Under the pieces are notes generated by a model. The model was not told the origin of the DNA and made no database searches. It worked only from the letters and a program-made list of their open reading frames with translations. From contig JAYGDX010000119.1 in NCBI GenBank assembly GCA_046582655.1, positions 1 through 22,948 of the forward strand: a stretch of 22,948 nt of DNA. The letters are read 5' to 3'. Positions 17,623 to 22,948 of the stretch are shown here, piece by piece (the first letter of the stretch is position 1; each line of letters opens with the position of its first letter). The stretch is from Candidatus Poribacteria bacterium. Lineage in GTDB: Bacteria > Poribacteria > WGA-4E > UBA9662. Both the position numbers and the translations under genes were made by a program.

Positions 17623-18600
17623 ATGAATCAGAATACCCAAATAAAATCAGGGTCAATACTACTGATAGCTTTCATACTACTGTTTAAGCACGGACTTATA
17701 GTTGGTTTCTGCGGCGGGGTGGATAAAGTCTTATGGTTCGATTTTGCCTTGAATTTCTCCGGTGAATCGGTAAGTCTCATTTTGGATCAGAGAGTGGGGT
17801 ACATTGATCAAGCGGGGAGAATAATGATAGAACCCCAATTCAAAGGGATAGGCAGTTTCTCGGAAGGACTGGCACCGATACGAATGGAAGGAAAGTGGGG
17901 GTTTATTGATCAAACAAGTCAAACTATGATAACACCTCAGTTTGGGGGAGTAGGTCGTTTTCTGGGAGACATGGCTAGGATACGAGTGAAAGGAAGATGG
18001 GGATACATCGATAAATCAGGTCAAATAGTTATTGAACCTCAGTTCAATCAGGCCAAATCCTTTTCGCAAGATCTAGCCGTCGTTCAAGTGCGCCAGAAAT
18101 GGGGATACATCGATAAATCAGGTCAAATAGTTATTGAACCTCAGTTCAATCAGGCCAAATCCTTTTCGCAAAGTTTAGCCTGTATAGGAGTTGGAGAAAA
18201 TGCAGACTTGAAATATGGGTACATTGATAAAACGGGTCAGATGGTTATCGACCCCCTATTCAATCAGGCCAAATCCTTTTCGCAAAGTTTAGCCTGTATA
18301 GGAGTTGGAGAAAATGCAGACTTGAAATATGGGTACATTGATAAAACGGGTCAAGTGATTATCGACCCCCTATTCAATAGTGCCAGGTCATTTTCAGAAG
18401 GTCTTGCCTGTGCAGGTGTGGGGGAATATCCAGATACAAAATACGGTTACATTGATAGAATGGGCCGGATAGCCATCCATCCTCAATTTGATCATGGCCA
18501 TAATTTTTCTGAAGGGTTTGCACTAGTGAAATTAGAAGGTAGATGGGGGGCTATTGATATAAACGGAAATTTTTTAAGGCATCCGGAGATCCGTTTTTAG
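17623..18600 (+). CDS. WG-repeat (KWG/WG_beta_rep) protein with N-terminal hydrophobic segment
   Basis: About 8 repeats of (W/Y)G(Y/F)ID..G..vI.PqF....FS.GLA. ATG 17623 is preferred over 17575, which lies inside the upstream gene. Confidence 0.88.
   Translation: MNQNTQIKSGSILLIAFILLFKHGLIVGFCGGVDKVLWFDFALNFSGESVSLILDQRVGYIDQAGRIMIEPQFKGIGSFSEGLAPIRMEGKWGFIDQTSQTMITPQFGGVGRFLGDMARIRVKGRWGYIDKSGQIVIEPQFNQAKSFSQDLAVVQVRQKWGYIDKSGQIVIEPQFNQAKSFSQSLACIGVGENADLKYGYIDKTGQMVIDPLFNQAKSFSQSLACIGVGENADLKYGYIDKTGQVIIDPLFNSARSFSEGLACAGVGEYPDTKYGYIDRMGRIAIHPQFDHGHNFSEGFALVKLEGRWGAIDINGNFLRHPEIRF
17997..18353 (+). repeat. Exact intragenic DNA duplications in the WG-repeat gene
   Basis: 73 bp at 17997-18069 equals 18099-18171 (period 102). 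95 bp at 18145-18239 equals 18259-18353 (period 114). Confidence 0.9.
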
Positions 18601-18631
18601 CAAGAAGAATAGACAATGCAGTTTGCGTATA

Positions 18632-19657
18632 TCACGGGATCAGACAGATCTTTCCGAAGTTTTCACGTTTTTCCATTATTTGATGCGATTCTTGGGCATT
18701 TACGAGTGGCAGGATAGAATCAATAATGGGCGACATTTTTCCTTGATCAGCTAGACTTACAATAGTGCGCAACTCGGTAATTGTACCGAGTGCGGATCCG
18801 AGAAGTGTAATTTGTTTCTGATACATTTTCCGGATGTTAATTTCTCCAATGTTACCGGTTGTCGCGCCGCAGGTAACCAATCGGCCGTTTTTCGCCAGGC
18901 TAGCAATACTCTGATCCCATGTTGCAGCTCCTACATGCTCAAAAACGACATCGACTCCACGTCCATCTGTTAATTCTAATACAGCTTCTGCAAAATCAGT
19001 TTCCCTATAATTAATCACAAAATCCGCTCCTATCTTTTTGGCATAATCGAGTTTCTCATCGGTGCTACTGGCTGCGAAAACCTTGGCGCCGTGTAGCTTC
19101 GCAATTTGCAAGCCTGCACTACCAACACCGCTACCTACAGCAAGGATCAGTATATCATCGTCGGATTTAATCGCGGCGCGCGTGACAAGCATGTGCCAGG
19201 CTGTAAGATAGGCAATTGGAAGCGCGGCTGCGTTTGGATAGGAGAGTTGCTCTGAAATCCCAATTGCGTTCTGAGCTGGTGCCTTGACTAATTCAGCGTA
19301 TCCACCGTGCGTTTGAAACCCCAATAATTGTTGATGATCACAGAGGTTTTCATCACCGTTCAGACAGTCTCTACATTGTTTACAAGGAATGTTTGGTGAT
19401 AAAACAACACGATCTCCAATAGCAACTGTATCGACCTCAGATCCAATTCCAACCACTTCTCCCGCGATATCTGATCCCAAAATGTGTGGAAAAACTTGGA
19501 TTTCAGGGCGATAGGCTCTGGCATTTAGATCTAAACGGTTCACCGCACAAGCGCCAACCTTAACCAAGATTTCAGCAAAATTAATCTCTGGGTCTGGATG
19601 GTCTTGGTATACCAGTTTGTCAATTTCACCCTGTTCATAAAAGACAATTGCTTTCAC
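18632..19657 (-). CDS. Zinc-binding MDR-family dehydrogenase/reductase (structural Zn only)
   Basis: PHILGSDIAG, CxxCxxC-x7-C, AYLTAWHML and GSGVG motifs. AVNRLD has Asn at the catalytic-Zn Cys position. The likely start is GTG 19657 (MKAIV), overlapping the nth stop (GTGA). Confidence 0.9.
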   Translation of the reverse strand: MKAIVFYEQGEIDKLVYQDHPDPEINFAEILVKVGACAVNRLDLNARAYRPEIQVFPHILGSDIAGEVVGIGSEVDTVAIGDRVVLSPNIPCKQCRDCLNGDENLCDHQQLLGFQTHGGYAELVKAPAQNAIGISEQLSYPNAAALPIAYLTAWHMLVTRAAIKSDDDILILAVGSGVGSAGLQIAKLHGAKVFAASSTDEKLDYAKKIGADFVINYRETDFAEAVLELTDGRGVDVVFEHVGAATWDQSIASLAKNGRLVTCGATTGNIGEINIRKMYQKQITLLGSALGTITELRTIVSLADQGKMSPIIDSILPLVNAQESHQIMEKRENFGKICLIP

Positions 19658-20325
19658 GGGAGTTGTCCCCCATTTTGAAAGTAAACACATTGATCGGTCA
19701 GCGGACAAACCTCACACTTCGGTTTTCGTGCATCACAAACTTGGCGACCAAAGGTGATAAGATTCATGTGAAAAGAAAACGCTTTTCCCTCCGGACAGGT
19801 TGTTGACCAAAATTGGTGGGCTTGATCTGCCGTAGCCTTAGAGGAGATGAAACCAATCCGCTTACTAATTCTAAGGATATGAGTGTCGACTGGAAAGACC
19901 TCATGTCCACAGGCAAAAGCAAGTGTGACATACGCGGTCTTGATACCAATTCCCTTGTGCTGACAGAGCATCTGAGTCGCTTCTTCCGAATCCATATCTC
20001 GCAAAAACTCCAGATCGAGTTTTCCATACTTGGTATGGAGCCAAGTCAGAAAATTTTTGATGGCATGACTTTTCTGACCAGCTAGACCTGCAATCCGGAC
20101 TACACTAGCGATCTGATTAACATCTGCTTCAAGCACTTCTTCCCAACTTGGGAATTCCTTGGTTAAGGTCTTGAAAGCCCTGTCACGGTTAACGTCATTG
20201 GTATTTTGAGATAAAATTGTCTCAACCAGGCAATCCAAGACAGTTCCGCTTTTATCCCGATTGGGCAGGCCAAAGAGTTTTTCGAGTTCATCAGAGACGT
20301 TTATTGCCTTCTGGGTCTTATTCAA
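19654..20325 (-). CDS. nth: Endonuclease III-like HhH-GPD DNA glycosylase with [4Fe-4S] cluster
   Basis: TILSQNTND, GIGIKTA (HhH with catalytic Lys), FPVDTHILR and C-x6-C-x2-C-x5-C motifs. Confidence 0.88.
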   Translation of the reverse strand: MNKTQKAINVSDELEKLFGLPNRDKSGTVLDCLVETILSQNTNDVNRDRAFKTLTKEFPSWEEVLEADVNQIASVVRIAGLAGQKSHAIKNFLTWLHTKYGKLDLEFLRDMDSEEATQMLCQHKGIGIKTAYVTLAFACGHEVFPVDTHILRISKRIGFISSKATADQAHQFWSTTCPEGKAFSFHMNLITFGRQVCDARKPKCEVCPLTDQCVYFQNGGQLP

Positions 20326-20411
20326 AATCTACCTTGATCGTGTATTCTTTAATGAATCAAATAATACATTATTTAGGTGGAAGGATAAACAATAACGTAG
20401 CCCCAGACAGC

Positions 20412-20446
20412 AAAATGGCCCTAGAATCTAACGTTTCTAGGACCAT
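20412..20446 (-). terminator. Putative intrinsic terminator after the malectin-like gene pair
   Basis: ATGGtCCTAGAA / TTCTAGGgCCAT stem (11 of 12 Watson-Crick pairs plus a U-G wobble) with an 8-nt loop, ending in TTTT on the minus strand, about 30 bp after the stop. Confidence 0.5.
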
Positions 20447-20474
20447 CTATTTAGATCCGAAGGTTTTTTATGAT

Positions 20475-21131
20475 TTATCTAAATTCCTGCTTGATCGTTC
20501 CCCATATTGCGGTTAGTTTACCTGCAGAACCAACAGCAGTTCCAGACTGTCCAAGCACTTCCAGGGCGCTAAACATCGGGTTGAGATCACCTTTCTTGGT
20601 AGCGGCATTTCCTTTCAACTCAACTTCCATCGAACCGTCTGAAATATCGATGTTTTTATATTCTTTAATATCAATCTCACCTTTACCTGGCGTAACATAC
20701 AGTTTTTCCACGATATCACCTTCAATGATAATATCATAACCCCTGTTATTAGGTGACCAATGTTCCCGGACCATGTAGGTAACATTAAATAGACCATTTC
20801 CAGTTTTCAGATCATACTTTACCGTAGCTGGATTCGCCGCCCAGCTGACAGCACCAAACAGCTGGTGATCATATCCAGCATCATCAGCTTTTTTCTTAGC
20901 CGCCGCTGTCAGATCGTTGACCGAGGCAGCCGCTGTTTGCGGAAGTTTCTTAACCCAACCTCCCCAGTCTTGTTTTTCTTTTTGACCAGAGTGCCAGACT
21001 CTACCTTTCTTATCTTTATAATCCTCGGCTACACCACCAATCAAGCGGATGTCCTTGGAAATTGAATATAATGCAAAAGCAACAAAAAAAATAACAGATA
21101 GCAAACAAACCAAAAACCGTTTGTTGTTCAT
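20475..21131 (-). CDS. Secreted malectin-like carbohydrate-binding protein with AV..GKLT..WG.IK tail (downstream paralog)
   Basis: Signal peptide, then a malectin-like pattern (IR..GG...YKD..G..W; G.FNVTY..REHW...RGYDIIIEG; I.DG....L; P..SALEV). C-terminus is AVGSAGKLTAIWGTIK. AAGGAG ribosome-binding site. Confidence 0.78.
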   Translation of the reverse strand: MNNKRFLVCLLSVIFFVAFALYSISKDIRLIGGVAEDYKDKKGRVWHSGQKEKQDWGGWVKKLPQTAAASVNDLTAAAKKKADDAGYDHQLFGAVSWAANPATVKYDLKTGNGLFNVTYMVREHWSPNNRGYDIIIEGDIVEKLYVTPGKGEIDIKEYKNIDISDGSMEVELKGNAATKKGDLNPMFSALEVLGQSGTAVGSAGKLTAIWGTIKQEFR

Positions 21132-21160
21132 ATTCTTCTCCTTTTCTGAGTTAAACTATA

Positions 21161-21847
21161 TTAATTAATATTTTCTTGACCTTTGATATATCCCCAGAAT
21201 GTGGTCAGTTTTTTCTGGGCGTCCACTGCCAATTTAGAAGGAACGATTTCTAAAGCGCTAAACATCGGGTTGAGATCACCTTTGCCGGTTTTAGGATTTC
21301 CAATACATTCAAAATCCAATTCTCCATCCTTAACCTCGATACCTTCATAGGTCATGATATCAATCTCACTCCGACCGGGCGTGACATACAGTTCTTCCAC
21401 GACATCACCTTCGATGATGATATCGTAACCCCTATTATTAGGTGACCAATGTTCCCGAACCATGTAGGTAACATCAAACACACCTTTTCCGGTCTTGAAC
21501 TCGTATTTCACCGTGTCAGGATTCGCCGCCCAACTGACATGAAAGAAAAGCTCCTCATCATAACCATGTTTCTTTCTAAGCTTGTCAGCATCATCTGTTA
21601 GAGGAGTACCTTGCGCACTGGCTGTTTGTGGAAGTTGCTTAACCCAACCTCCCCAGTCCTGCTTGTCTTTCTGTGCACCATACCATTTTCTTCCTTTTTT
21701 GTCTTTATGGTCGGCCGCAGTTCCACCCCATACCCGAATTTCCTTCATTTTGGCAAGAACTGGGCTGGGGACACAAAAAACGAACAAAAACAAACCGAAA
21801 ATGATAAGAGATGGCAATCTAAAAAATAGCAATCTGTCCTGTTTCAT
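21161..21847 (-). CDS. Secreted malectin-like carbohydrate-binding protein with AV..KKLT..WG.IK tail (upstream paralog)
   Basis: Signal peptide ending VLA, long blocks identical to the neighbour (VTYMVREHWSPNNRGYDIIIEGD, KGDLNPMFSALE), and C-terminus AVDAQKKLTTFWGYIK. GAGG ribosome-binding site. Confidence 0.78.
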   Translation of the reverse strand: MKQDRLLFFRLPSLIIFGLFLFVFCVPSPVLAKMKEIRVWGGTAADHKDKKGRKWYGAQKDKQDWGGWVKQLPQTASAQGTPLTDDADKLRKKHGYDEELFFHVSWAANPDTVKYEFKTGKGVFDVTYMVREHWSPNNRGYDIIIEGDVVEELYVTPGRSEIDIMTYEGIEVKDGELDFECIGNPKTGKGDLNPMFSALEIVPSKLAVDAQKKLTTFWGYIKGQENIN

Positions 21848-21885
21848 CCTGTTACCTCACTAGTTAAGTAAATTTAGTGAATCAC

Positions 21886-21914
21886 AATGTAAAGCGAATC
21901 TGTTTGTTTGTCAA
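21886..21914 (-). promoter_or_regulatory. Near-consensus sigma70 promoter for the malectin-like pair
   Basis: Minus strand reads TTGACA-17 nt-TACATT, 38 bp upstream of the ATG. Confidence 0.65.
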
Positions 21915-21948
21915 GAAAATTAACAATATATTTCAAAAACGGTTTCGA

Positions 21949-22947
21949 TCAGTTATCAGGCTCAGTAAAAACCAACTTTTGATTGACATCAACATTAGTC
22001 AGATTTTGCTTGAAACCACTGGGCCAAAGAATCTGAATTCGCTCAATTTTGCCAATCTGTCCAAGACCAAACTCAACTTCTAAACTACTTTGTGAAAGGT
22101 AGCTTGAACCGCTAATCACTTCTCGGATTTGTCTTGATTTCCCAGCAGTCAATTCTATACGTGCACCTATTCCGTTCCGGTTACTTGTTTTGCCGATTGT
22201 CAGTATCTTGAGCCAATTGTTTTGATTGCCTCCATCGTTACGGAACAAAACAGCTTCTTCACCACAATTAACTACCAAGAGATCAAGATCCCCATCATTA
22301 TCATAATCACCGACAGCTACTCCACGTCCGGTTCCATTGGGAACGCTGCGGATTCCAACCGACTCCGAAATATCGGTGAATGTCCCATCTCCATTGTTTT
22401 CGAGGAATATATCTGATTGACTGGGGGATTCCCAGGTGGCCGGATCAATATGACCACAGGCAATAAACAGATCGAGATCGCCGTCATTATCATAATCAAA
22501 AAATTCGGTTCCCCAACAAGTCTTTCCCAGTCCGGATTCAAAGATGCCACTTTGCGCCGAAACATCGGTAAAAGTTCCATCTAAATTGTTACAATAAAGC
22601 ACGTTATTTTCATCCAGCCAGTTTGTTACAAAGAGATCGAGATCGCCGTCATTATCGTAATCTCCCCATGTAATTCCCATTCCTCCCCGGATATCACCTG
22701 TATGGCTTCTGTCATCAGTACCATTTGTATTTGTAAAGGTGCCATCGTTATTGTTACGGTAAAGGATATTTTGGTCGGTATCGTTGGCCAGATAGATGTC
22801 GAGATCACCGTCATTGTCATAATCCGCAAAAGATGCTCCAAGGGTCAAATGAAATCCTCCGCCGACCCGAGCGGATTCCGTGACATCGATAAATCCTCCA
22901 TCTCCTTTGTTCAATAATAGAACATTTGACTGACCATACCAGTCGTA
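21949..22947 (-). CDS. CRTAC1-family FG-GAP repeat + ASPIC/UnbV protein (5' end beyond window)
   Basis: Four DYDNDGDLD repeats and a C-terminal GIGARI...GSSYLSQS...FGLG...WPSG. The frame stays open from 22914 to the window edge (YDWYGQSNVLLLNK). Confidence 0.92.
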   Translation of the reverse strand, partial: YDWYGQSNVLLLNKGDGGFIDVTESARVGGGFHLTLGASFADYDNDGDLDIYLANDTDQNILYRNNNDGTFTNTNGTDDRSHTGDIRGGMGITWGDYDNDGDLDLFVTNWLDENNVLYCNNLDGTFTDVSAQSGIFESGLGKTCWGTEFFDYDNDGDLDLFIACGHIDPATWESPSQSDIFLENNGDGTFTDISESVGIRSVPNGTGRGVAVGDYDNDGDLDLLVVNCGEEAVLFRNDGGNQNNWLKILTIGKTSNRNGIGARIELTAGKSRQIREVISGSSYLSQSSLEVEFGLGQIGKIERIQILWPSGFKQNLTNVDVNQKLVFTEPDN

Positions 22948-22948
22948 A

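Noticed and set aside
17997..18353. CRISPR-like repeat array
   Set aside because: The repeats are in-frame coding units (periods 102 and 114) of a WG-repeat protein, with no unique-spacer structure and no cas genes.
19658..19708. N-terminal extension of the MDR ORF (start 19708)
   Set aside because: It overlaps the nth Fe-S cluster coding region. GTG 19657 gives the family-typical MKAIV start.
22280..22822. Repeated gagatc(g/a)ccgtcatt(a/g)tc DNA motifs as a nucleotide repeat element
   Set aside because: They simply encode the DYDNDGDLD repeats of the FG-GAP protein.

Overview
This is an accessory-type bacterial chromosome segment with 18 apparently intact CDSs (one cut by the right edge) and at least six decayed gene remnants. 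I saw no rRNA, tRNA or CRISPR array. The gene mix and the AVxxx(G/K)KLTxxWGxIK C-terminal tails suggest Candidatus Poribacteria; this is inference from recalled family features, not a search result. Left to right, the intact genes are: an HpcH/HpaI-family aldolase with an atypical active site, a small EamA/DMT transporter, a GT-C-like membrane protein, a polysaccharide deacetylase, a Gfo/Idh/MocA oxidoreductase with a helical insertion, an orphan MacB-type permease, an Eis-like GNAT acetyltransferase, a non-catalytic FGE/SUMF1-domain lipoprotein, an SDR and a cyclophilin-like-fold protein. These are followed by a probable + strand operon (lactonase, enolase-superfamily enzyme, PbfA-like PLP enzyme, WG-repeat protein), an nth / Zn-MDR pair, two tandem secreted malectin-like paralogs and a CRTAC1/ASPIC-UnbV protein. 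Remnants poorly covered by the ORF track are a tyrosine integrase fragment, a PhyH + CRTAC1 chimera, a collapsed GT4 glycosyltransferase, an internally deleted IS5-family element, a Reg_prop beta-propeller relic and a frameshifted sugar-phosphate isomerase. The best leads are the putative C-terminal sorting motif on the malectin-like proteins, and a pbfA-like phosphonate gene placed in a sugar-acid-type operon with no phn partner genes in the window.
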